From an uncultured Verrucomicrobiae bacterium (lineage in GTDB: Bacteria > Verrucomicrobiota > Verrucomicrobiia > Chthoniobacterales > JAFAMB01), in assembly GCA_963813025.1 (NCBI GenBank), contig CAWEXO010000002.1:1-64000 (forward strand): 64,000 bases of DNA. Reading direction: 5' to 3'. The position numbers and the translations under genes are program-made. Below, piece after piece: positions 10,510 to 18,772 of the stretch. Under the pieces are notes generated by a model. It saw only the letters and a program-made list of their open reading frames with translations, had not been told where the DNA came from and searched no databases. Position 1 is the first letter of the stretch. Every line of letters begins with the position of its first letter.

Positions 10510-11416
10510 AACAGCTTTTCAGAAGGGCTTGAGCGGCCGAAACGCTGTCAGCAAATGAGCCGGATACCATGCCGCGAAGCGCTGTTTCGTCAGGCTCAAT
10601 AATCATGGCCTCAAGAGTGAGCGTAGCGCCGTCCAAGCGGCTCCGAATCCCGACCGGCGTATGACATCCGCCATTAATCAGACGCAAAAATTCTCTTTCG
10701 GCAGCTACGCACACCCAGGTCGAACGATCGTTGATTTGCTGTAACCAGTCTCGCAGTGCTCTTTCGGCGCTCGCAATCTCGATCGCGATTGTCCCCTGTC
10801 CGGCCGCCGGGTAGAGCTCGTGGAGTTCGGCCCAGAACAACGCTCCCAGGCTCGGTCGCGCTCCAGTGAATGCCAAGCCGAGTCTTTCAAGCCCTGCCTT
10901 GGCCAGCACGAGCGCACTCCAACGCGGGTTCGCCCCCAACTTCTCCAATCGCGTATTCACATTACCCCGGATCTCGACAATTTGCAGATCCCGGCGACAA
11001 AAACGCAATTGAGCAGCCCGTCGCGGACTGCTGGTCGCGATCACCGCTCTATCCGGCAATCCAGACAAACCGCCGGGCGTCCTGCTGATCAGCACATCTA
11101 CCGGATCGTGTCGGGGCAAGACCGCCGCAACCAGGAAATCCGGATGGAGATCGATCGGAAGATCCTTCAGAGAATGCACCGCCAAATCAATGTCTCCGCG
11201 CTTTAAGGCAAACTCCAGTTCCTTGGTGAACAAGCCTTTTGCGTAGGATTGGCCGGACTCTTTCAGGCTGAGATCGAGATGCTGATCGCCAGAGGTCAGA
11301 ATCTTTCGAACCTCGAGCGGAGGACAGTCCGGCAAATTTTGCAGAGCTGTTTTGACCAGCTCGGTCTGAGCCAGCGCCAAAGTGCTCGCTCGCGTTCCGA
11401 GGCGAATCGCCTTCAC
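10493..11416 (-). CDS. hemC: Hydroxymethylbilane synthase (porphobilinogen deaminase)
   Basis: LGTRASTLALAQ, KGLFTKELE, AVHSLKDLP, TSSPRR, IRGNVNTRL, GGCHTPVG; GTG start overlaps hemA TGA. Confidence 0.95.
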   Translation of the reverse strand: MKAIRLGTRASTLALAQTELVKTALQNLPDCPPLEVRKILTSGDQHLDLSLKESGQSYAKGLFTKELEFALKRGDIDLAVHSLKDLPIDLHPDFLVAAVLPRHDPVDVLISRTPGGLSGLPDRAVIATSSPRRAAQLRFCRRDLQIVEIRGNVNTRLEKLGANPRWSALVLAKAGLERLGLAFTGARPSLGALFWAELHELYPAAGQGTIAIEIASAERALRDWLQQINDRSTWVCVAAEREFLRLINGGCHTPVGIRSRLDGATLTLEAMIIEPDETALRGMVSGSFADSVSAAQALLKSCYESKR

Positions 11417-12462
11417 ATGCCCTGCCACTCGACGGTCATCGGCGGCACCAGTCTTTTGCCACTCTGCAGACACCACTTTTCCAGATCGGCGACATGGTGT
11501 TCGATGATTGCCGCACAGGCGACCTCCTCCTTCTGCCGGCCGACCAAGGTCAGTTCAGCCATCCGTTGGAGCGAGTCAAGATCGTATAAATACACTCCAT
11601 CCTGTTGGTGGACCGCCGGGTCAATATCCCGGGGCACGGCCAGATCAATGATAAAAAGCGGCGCGTCCCGCCGGCCATGCAACACTTCGGCCAGACGTTC
11701 CGCCGTGATCAGAAAATGGGGCGCGGCAGTGGAACTGACGATAATGTCCAGATCCCTGAATTCTTGCTCCCAGGAGTCAAAACCGATGGCACGTCCACCC
11801 ATCGATTCGGCCAACGCCTGTGCGCGTTCAAACGAGCGGTTCGACACAAATATCTGCCGCGCCCCGCGCGCATGAAACGCGCGAGCCGTCTTCTCGCTGG
11901 TCTCGCCCGCGCCCAGGATCATGATTTTGCATCCGGCCAAGTCACCAAAAATTCTTTCCGCCAAGTCCACCGCGACCGATCCAACGGAGACTCTCCCACG
12001 CGCAATATTGGTGTTCGAACGCACTTGCTTGCCGACCTGAAAAGATTTCTGGAACAGACGATTCAGAATTTTTCCCGTGACTCCCTGGCGCACGGCCGCT
12101 TCGTATGCACGTTTGACCTGACCAAAAATCTCAGTCTCGCCAACGACCATCGATTCCAGGCCAGAGACCACGCGAAACAGGTGCCGAGCGACCGAGGCGC
12201 TGTGCAACCGGTACAGGTGGCCGGAGCCATCGCGGTTGCCGTAGAACTCGTCGAAAAACGTACCGGCCGCGAAAGTTGCCGGATCCGCAACCAGATATAG
12301 TTCCGTCCGATTGCAGGTCGACAGAATCACTCCCTCCTGTATGCCGGCCATCTGCGCCAGCCGGCGATCGGCTTGCTCCAACTGTCCCTCCGGCACGGCG
12401 AACCTCTCCCGCACGTCGATTGTCGCGGTCTGGTGGCTGAGTCCTAAGCAAAAAAGATTCAC
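11413..12462 (-). CDS. hemA: Glutamyl-tRNA reductase (short form)
   Basis: GLSHQTA, STCNRTELY, HLFRVVSGLESMVVGETEIFGQVK, GAGE, DLAVPRDID. Confidence 0.95.
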   Translation of the reverse strand: MNLFCLGLSHQTATIDVRERFAVPEGQLEQADRRLAQMAGIQEGVILSTCNRTELYLVADPATFAAGTFFDEFYGNRDGSGHLYRLHSASVARHLFRVVSGLESMVVGETEIFGQVKRAYEAAVRQGVTGKILNRLFQKSFQVGKQVRSNTNIARGRVSVGSVAVDLAERIFGDLAGCKIMILGAGETSEKTARAFHARGARQIFVSNRSFERAQALAESMGGRAIGFDSWEQEFRDLDIIVSSTAAPHFLITAERLAEVLHGRRDAPLFIIDLAVPRDIDPAVHQQDGVYLYDLDSLQRMAELTLVGRQKEEVACAAIIEHHVADLEKWCLQSGKRLVPPMTVEWQGM

Positions 12463-13250
12463 AATGCTGAACCGGTAAACCGGATACCCAGAAAAGTGCT
12501 TAACAGCAGGCTAAAAGCGAGGATCGAAAGCATCGCAATCCACTTCGCGGCCATCGTGTGACGCGTCCGAGCCAACAAAATGCCACCGTAGAGGCACCAC
12601 ACTATAATTGACCACATAACCTTCTTCCAATCGGCTGTCTGGCCCACCAGAAAACCGGTAGCCAGACCGATCGTGAACAGGCCAAAACCAAGCCACAGCA
12701 GCCGGGAATTGGCCACCGTCAGCTCAGTAATCGGAGGAAGCCGGTAGAACATCGAGCCCGGGACACGCGTTTTGAGCTGCCGCTCCTGGATCAGGTACAT
12801 CACGCCCGCTACGCAGGCGAGCGCAAACGTGCCGCAAGCAATCATGGAGAACGAAGTATGGGCCTCAAGCCACGGACTCGGCGACCCGCCCACTGCCAGC
12901 GGCTGCCGGGGCAGGAGCAGGGCGGCACAGAGCGTGACCGTGACAATCGGGGCGGTAAAAGCACCCATTAGCGAAAGCCGGTAGGCTGATCCGATCAGCA
13001 AATAGACCAGCACCATCGACCAACTCATGAAGACCAACACTTCAAAATAGCTGGTGATCGGACAGCGGCCAAGCGCATGACCACGGACCGCCAAAAAAGT
13101 CGTCTGGCAGATAAATCCGGGCACAATACAGAAAAAAGTGAGCCAAGATGTTACACGTCTTCCGGTCCCGAGCAAGTAAGCCGAGTAGATAAAGCCGCAA
13201 AGAAAAAACACAGCGGCCCAACTTATCCAAACTCTGTCCGTCTCCAGCAT
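12459..13250 (-). CDS. Cytochrome c assembly-family membrane protein (CcsA/HemX-like) heading the hem operon
   Basis: Multi-TM; GRCPIT..EVL.F.SW, WLEAH, MYLIQERQLK, RLPPI; overlaps hemA start. Confidence 0.8.
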   Translation of the reverse strand: MLETDRVWISWAAVFFLCGFIYSAYLLGTGRRVTSWLTFFCIVPGFICQTTFLAVRGHALGRCPITSYFEVLVFMSWSMVLVYLLIGSAYRLSLMGAFTAPIVTVTLCAALLLPRQPLAVGGSPSPWLEAHTSFSMIACGTFALACVAGVMYLIQERQLKTRVPGSMFYRLPPITELTVANSRLLWLGFGLFTIGLATGFLVGQTADWKKVMWSIIVWCLYGGILLARTRHTMAAKWIAMLSILAFSLLLSTFLGIRFTGSAL

Positions 13251-13303
13251 GGCGGTAGTTTATGAATGCAACCGTGAAATTGAACTGCTAGGTTTCGCCT
13301 TTC

Positions 13304-13834
13304 ATGTGCGACGTCACTCTGGAGCAGCTTCGGTCAACGATTCGTGATATTCCCGATTTTCCCCAGCCCGGCATCATTTTCAAGGATATTACACCGATCC
13401 TGAGCGACGCGAAATTATTCCGCCAAGTCATTGACCTCCTGGCCGACCAAGCAAGTAAGACTTCGCCGGACAAGGTGCTCGGCATCGATGCTCGGGGGTT
13501 CCTGTTCGGCGCCGCGGTCGCTTACAAGCTTAGCGTCGGCTTCGTCCCGGTCAGGAAGAAGGGTAAACTGCCGTACCGCACCATCAGCTTTGCTTACTCC
13601 CTGGAGTACGGACGCGCGGAAATGGAGATGCACGTCGACTCGGTTTGCGCAGGCCAGCGCATCGTCCTAGTCGACGATCTGCTGGCGACCGGCGGCACTT
13701 CGAGCGCGGCGGTTACTTTGGTGCGCAATCTTGGCGCGGAAGTCAGCCAAGCACTCTATTTTATCGAACTTAGCTTCCTCCACGGGCGCGATCGGCTTTT
13801 AGCTGTCCCGGTGCATTCCATACTGGAGTTTTAG
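13304..13834 (+). CDS. apt: Adenine phosphoribosyltransferase
   Basis: IRDIPDFPQPGIIFKDITP, DARGFLFG, VRKKGKLP, YSLEYG, VDDLLATGGT. Confidence 0.97.
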   Translation: MCDVTLEQLRSTIRDIPDFPQPGIIFKDITPILSDAKLFRQVIDLLADQASKTSPDKVLGIDARGFLFGAAVAYKLSVGFVPVRKKGKLPYRTISFAYSLEYGRAEMEMHVDSVCAGQRIVLVDDLLATGGTSSAAVTLVRNLGAEVSQALYFIELSFLHGRDRLLAVPVHSILEF

Positions 13835-14237
13835 AAGTGGCTCAGCCGCAGGCGCTCCCTGTTCAGAAAACGCGGATCGACAGTAACAAGGTGTTTTTCA
13901 GCGCGCCCGAGTTTCAAGGCACCGAAGGCCACAGCGCAGCGTAGCCGCAACCAAATCTGGTTTTTGCTTCCCGGAGAGGCGATTCGAAAATAGGCACGGC
14001 ATGGAATGCCGGTAAAGCTTACAATAGAAGGCCGCGCCCCGGCCGTGTCCGCCATAGCTTTAGCGAAGGAGGGAGGGCCGCCAGAATTCTCGCTGCGACC
14101 CTCCGGGACGCAGCGTTGTGGGTTGGCACAACCGGCAATAAATTGCCGGCCTATTTTCACTTCGCCCCTGCCGGGGCATGTCTTCAGCTCCTCGTAAATT
14201 CCTCGCAATAAAACAAGATTTTCACGGACAGTAGTAC

Positions 14238-15017
14238 ATGGGCTACACACTGCTTGCGGCGGTTTCCCTCGTTGGATTGTTTTTCGGAATGCTAGCCCTG
14301 CTCGAAGTAGGGCGCTGGATCGCACTGCGGCGGTTAGCGAAAAATGCCGACGGAGCAGGAGCTGGACTCGGTCCGATCGTGGGAGTCGTTTTCAGTCTGC
14401 TCGGGCTTCTGATCGCTTTCACTTTCTCGGGCGCCGCTTCCCGGTTTGATGCGCGACGCCAACTGGTCGTTCAAGAGGCCAACGCGATCGAGAAAGCCTA
14501 TTATTTGACTAACCTGCTTCCGGACAAAGTCAGGGCCGCGGCGCTCCAGGACGCTTTTCGGAATTATCTGGATGCTCAGCTCGAGGCTGTCAGGAAATTG
14601 CCTGACATTCGAGCGGCGGAAGAGGCGTTATCGCGTGCTTTAAGGTCGCAGCGCGAAATTCAGCGTCAGACACTCGCAGCATATGAGGATCCGAATTGCC
14701 AATCCGCGGCGGCGGTTCTTCTGCCTGCAGTTACCCAATGGGTCGACATCTCGACAACACGAACGACTGGGACCAAGACGCATCCCCCTATCATGATCTT
14801 CGCAACCCTTACCGGACTCGCGTTAGTTTGTTCGTTGGTCGCCGGGTACGGTATGGCTGAAGCCAAGAGCCGCAGCTGGCTCCATATCATCGCTTTCGCA
14901 CTGGTCATTACCGTCACGATCTATGTCATAATCGACCTTGAATTCCCGCGCGCTGGGTTGATTCGACTCGATGCGGCAGACCAGTTGCTGGTGCATCTTC
15001 GTCAGGGCATGAAATAA
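14238..15017 (+). CDS. DUF4239-like (bestrophin-like) membrane protein
   Basis: LLGLLIAFTFSGAASRFDARRQLVVQEANAI; IIDLEFPRAGLIR. Confidence 0.8.
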   Translation: MGYTLLAAVSLVGLFFGMLALLEVGRWIALRRLAKNADGAGAGLGPIVGVVFSLLGLLIAFTFSGAASRFDARRQLVVQEANAIEKAYYLTNLLPDKVRAAALQDAFRNYLDAQLEAVRKLPDIRAAEEALSRALRSQREIQRQTLAAYEDPNCQSAAAVLLPAVTQWVDISTTRTTGTKTHPPIMIFATLTGLALVCSLVAGYGMAEAKSRSWLHIIAFALVITVTIYVIIDLEFPRAGLIRLDAADQLLVHLRQGMK

Positions 15018-15128
15018 ACGCCTCGTTGAGGTCGGGCGCGCCCACGGCTAACTGGAGCAAGGCACCAGATGTGTTTTTGCTGAAACCCGAACTCGATTCG
15101 CTGCCAAATATCGCCATGCTGGCGGGCA

Positions 15129-16718
15129 GTGCAACCGGTTGACCTGGTCGTCTGCTTGCTCATTGTGCTGGTGGTCCTTGTGACCGTCGCGCAGCGACTC
15201 AATGTTTCGTACCCGATCGTCCTCGTCATCGGCGGCCTGGGTCTTGCATTGTTTCCCCGATTGCCGGAGGTCAGGTTAGAACCCAGCACCGTTTTCCTCG
15301 TCTTTCTTCCGCCGCTGCTTTATTGGGACGCTCTCACCTCGTCCTGGCGGGACTTCCGCGAGAACTGGCGTCCCATCTCACTTTTAGCCATCGGATTGGT
15401 TTTTACTACCACGATGGCCGTGATGATCGCGGCACATCTTCTCCTGGGTCTTCTCTGGGGCCCTGCGTTTGTCCTCGGAGCAGTGCTGGGTCCGACCGAC
15501 ACAGTCGCAGCTGCTGCGATCCTGGAACGCTTTGGGCTTCCACGGCGTTTGTTTGCGGTCTTGCGTGGAGAGAGTTTGCTCAACGACGCCACAGCGCTCG
15601 TATTGTATGAGACTGCGGTGCACGTTACGCAGATCCGAACGTATCTCTGGGGGTCTGTCTCGATCGGGTTTTGTCTGGCGGCTGTTGGCGGAGTCGCTAT
15701 CGGCCTGGTTATCGGTTGGTTAGTGGTTCGAGTTCGGCGCCTCGCACCGGATCCTTTGGTAGGAAATACGATCTCCTTGCTGACCGGGTTTGCCGCCTAT
15801 CTTCCAGCCGACGCGCTCCACGTGTCCGGCGTCTTAGCCGTTGTCACCGCGGGCCTTTACCTGGGCTGGGAAGGCCCGCGCATGATACCCGCCAGGACGC
15901 GGCTGCATTCAATCGCCACCTGGAAGGTGATCACGTTTCTGCTAAACGGCCTGTTATTCATTCTCATCGGGCTGCAGCTGAGAACGATTCTTGACTCGTT
16001 TTCGGCGCAGTCATTGCGCTCCATTATCCTTGGCTGTGTGCTGATAAGCGGGACAGTGATTTTGGTTCGGATCTTCTGGGTCTTTATTTCGGCCTATGTT
16101 TCGCGCACGTGCAGTCGTCTGCTCCGGGCGCGCGCCCGTTATTCCCGATGGCAAGAGCCGGCGTTGATTTCCTGGGTCGGGATCCGAGGCGGTATTTCTC
16201 TGGCTGCCGCTCTCGCGATCCCGACCTCCTTGGCCGACGGTTCGCCCTTTCCGGGACGCAGTGAGATTTTGATTCTGACCTTTGCGGTCATTCTCGTGAC
16301 GCTTGTGCTCCAGGGTCTTAGCTTGCCGCGGTTGCTTCGCTGGTTAAACCTCGAAAAAGACAGCGCGCAACCTGAGGAAGAGCAGCTGACACGAGAAGCA
16401 ATGGCCGGGGTTGCCCTGCATTATCTTACATCGGCCGGACCGGGAGACGAAATCCACCAACGGACTGTTAAAGAACTTCAGGAGGTGTACCGGAGCAGAG
16501 CGGAGCGATTCGAGATCACTCACAAAGCCGGCCCGGATGAACCTGAGGCACAGTATTTCACCCGGAAGGTCTCACTTGAACGCGAATTGATCAGAATCCA
16601 AAGGACGACTTTGATCGACTTGCGAGACAGCGGCGCCATCAGTGATGACGTAATGCGGCGCTTTCAGTTTATCCTTGATCTCGAAGAATCGCGGCTGGAG
16701 GAGGAAACACGTCCCTGA
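15129..16718 (+). CDS. Na+/H+ antiporter, CPA1 family (YjcE/NhaK-like)
   Basis: FLPPLLY, LGPTD, LRGESLLNDA, SGVLAVV, LNGLLFILIGLQL, WVGIRGGISLAAAL, LDLEE. Confidence 0.92.
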   Translation: MQPVDLVVCLLIVLVVLVTVAQRLNVSYPIVLVIGGLGLALFPRLPEVRLEPSTVFLVFLPPLLYWDALTSSWRDFRENWRPISLLAIGLVFTTTMAVMIAAHLLLGLLWGPAFVLGAVLGPTDTVAAAAILERFGLPRRLFAVLRGESLLNDATALVLYETAVHVTQIRTYLWGSVSIGFCLAAVGGVAIGLVIGWLVVRVRRLAPDPLVGNTISLLTGFAAYLPADALHVSGVLAVVTAGLYLGWEGPRMIPARTRLHSIATWKVITFLLNGLLFILIGLQLRTILDSFSAQSLRSIILGCVLISGTVILVRIFWVFISAYVSRTCSRLLRARARYSRWQEPALISWVGIRGGISLAAALAIPTSLADGSPFPGRSEILILTFAVILVTLVLQGLSLPRLLRWLNLEKDSAQPEEEQLTREAMAGVALHYLTSAGPGDEIHQRTVKELQEVYRSRAERFEITHKAGPDEPEAQYFTRKVSLERELIRIQRTTLIDLRDSGAISDDVMRRFQFILDLEESRLEEETRP

Positions 16719-16857
16719 CCGAGACCGCGTTTGGTACTCAGCGCACAGGCAGGTGAAGTCGCAACTCAAGCGGCTCATTCGCATCCGATATTGGCTGAAG
16801 AACGGCCTTTGTCGGGGCGAGAATTCAGAGTTTCGCAACCTCTCTCTGCTCCTTTGC

Positions 16858-16914
16858 CGGTAGGGCGCTCCTGTGTCGGTAGGGCGCTCCTGTGTCGGTA
16901 GGGCGATCCTGTGT
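16858..16914. repeat. Three tandem 19-bp units cggtagggcg(c/a)tcctgtgt
   Basis: Units at 16858, 16877 and 16896, abutting the REP end ggtagggcgaaaattt. Confidence 0.9.
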
Positions 16915-16915
16915 G

Positions 16916-17086
16916 GTAGGGCGAAAATTTATCCGAGCTTCAGCGAGGACTCGTTTGAGCCGGACGCTCGAGTTGCCACCAACCAAGGCGGCTCAAACAA
17001 GTTCTCGCCTGGCGTTCGAATGAAATTTTCGCCCTACCAATCGTGGACCGGCAGGTGTTGCGGGATAATCTCTAAATTTTCGCCCT
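16916..17086. repeat. REPIN-like element, copy 2 (inner hairpin plus an extra REP)
   Basis: gtagggcgaaaattt...tttgagccg...cggctcaaac...aaattttcgccctac (to 17037), extra aaattttcgccct at 17074-17086. Confidence 0.85.
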
Positions 17087-17284
17087 AAGGGCACCAGGCC
17101 AAAGCCATGCTCTAAAGTTTCTTCTACCGTCTCTTTCGTGCTTGCTCAATTTGCGCAACTCATTCCAAATCAGATATTGCGCCCGCAAGTTCCTGGCGAG
17201 CGCAGCGGGCTTCGCTTTTGGTATCCCGTTAAGCAGCGAGACGTGAACGAAATTCCTTTTTTGGCCGCATAACGCTCCCCTGGC

Positions 17285-18241
17285 TCATCTAGGGGCACTC
17301 GCTTCGTTCAACAGACGCAGATCAGCGTCGTTCAGTTCAAAGTTCGCGGCGCGCATGAGATCCGGCACCTGACCGGCCGTGCGCGCGCTGGCAATTGGAG
17401 CGACCACGGTGGGCTGGGCGCGCAGCCAGGCAAGCGCAACAGTGGTGACAGAGACCTGTTTTTCCGCCGCTACCCGGTCAAGCGCCCCTAAGACTTGCAG
17501 CCCCTTCTCGTTTAGATACTGGGCAGCGCTCCCGGCGCGTTTGCTCGCTACCTGGGTGCCTGGACGGTATTTGCCAGTCAGAAAACCCGAAGCGAGGCCA
17601 TAATAAGGGATGGAAACCAGATTTTCCCGCTGAACCACCTCGCGCAACTCGCCCTCGTAGGCTTCGCGCTCCACGAGATTGTAATGCTGCTGGAGCGCAA
17701 CATATCGGGCCAGGTTGTGTGTCTTTGAAATTTCCAGCGCTTGTCTGAGCCGGTCAGCCGAATAATTGGAGGCCGCGATGTAGCGGACCTTTCCGGCTTT
17801 GACCAATTCATCAAAAGCACCCAGCGTCTCTTCCAACGGCGTTTTCGCATCGTCGACGTGCGCGTAGTAGAGATCGATGTTGTCAATTTGCAGCCGGTAG
17901 AGCGATCGATCTGCCGCTGTCCGGATGGTCTCCGCGCGAAGCCCGGACAATTGCGGATGCATTCCCACCTTGGTTGCGATGATCATCTGATCGCGATTTT
18001 TGCGAGCGGCGAGCCAGCGCCCGATGATCGCTTCCGATTCACCTCCGGAGTTCCCCGGAGCCCAAGCCGAATACATGTCTGCGGTATCCAGAAAGTTGCC
18101 GCCCGCTTCCGCATACGCGTCGAGAACCGCGAACGACTCTTCCTCGTTAGCCGTCCACCCAAACACGTTACCGCCAAGCGCCAGCGGAAAAACGTCCAGA
18201 TCTGTCGAGTTGATCTTTGGCATCTGGCAAACTACCGGCAT
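17285..18241 (-). CDS. Aldo/keto reductase
   Basis: LALGGNVFGW, GGNFLDTADMY, IATKVG, IDLYYAH, GKVRYIAASN, LASGFLTGKY. Confidence 0.93.
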   Translation of the reverse strand: MPVVCQMPKINSTDLDVFPLALGGNVFGWTANEEESFAVLDAYAEAGGNFLDTADMYSAWAPGNSGGESEAIIGRWLAARKNRDQMIIATKVGMHPQLSGLRAETIRTAADRSLYRLQIDNIDLYYAHVDDAKTPLEETLGAFDELVKAGKVRYIAASNYSADRLRQALEISKTHNLARYVALQQHYNLVEREAYEGELREVVQRENLVSIPYYGLASGFLTGKYRPGTQVASKRAGSAAQYLNEKGLQVLGALDRVAAEKQVSVTTVALAWLRAQPTVVAPIASARTAGQVPDLMRAANFELNDADLRLLNEASAPR

Positions 18242-18359
18242 TGTCGATTGTGGCTATTCGAAAACCACAGATTTCAGGCCATCGACGAGACTAAAAGCGT
18301 TAAAAGAAAATCTGTACGCGGTTCGCCCCGGTTTTGCGTCTCCGATCAACCGGCGCAAA

Positions 18360-18674
18360 GTGGTGCACCGTCTCTCATATATTGGTGCCATCGTTGCGTT
18401 CAAAATGGGCCGCCGGCAAGGCGGTCCGAGCCGGACTGGCAGTAGGAAGGTGCATATCTGAATCGATACGTAACCGACGAGCAACGCAGCCGCCGGCCTA
18501 TTTTCAACGCAACCCTTTGGCCGCGGCCAGTTGGCTGTTTTTTGGCGTTGCTTCCGCCAGTCCGGCTCGGACCTCGATCCGTATGAATTCAGATATGGGC
18601 GCTTCGCTCGCGTCTTGAAAAACAGCCAACTGACCTGCGGCGATGGCACCATTATATGAGAGACGGTGCACTAG
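18360..18674. mobile_element. MITE with CTAG ends, copy A
   Basis: TIR gtgcaccgtctctcatat(a/t)..ggtgccatc / gatggcaccattatatgagagacggtgcactag; reverse-complement homologue at 34178-34457; no transposase. Confidence 0.85.
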
Positions 18675-18772
18675 CAGTGTCGTCCAGCAGAAAACCAGCG
18701 CCAACCAACGCGCAGCGTTGAGCAACCCGAGAGAAGCGCGGATCGGATTGCTCGAGCTAAATTCGCCCTACA

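Noticed and set aside
13831..14237. 164-aa minus-strand ORF after apt
   Set aside because: It overlaps the next gene and crosses REP-like palindromic sequence (ccgccatagctttagcgaaggagg); no recognisable domain
16858..16914. Possible mini CRISPR array
   Set aside because: The repeats are contiguous with no spacers, only 19 bp, part of a REP end, and no cas genes are present
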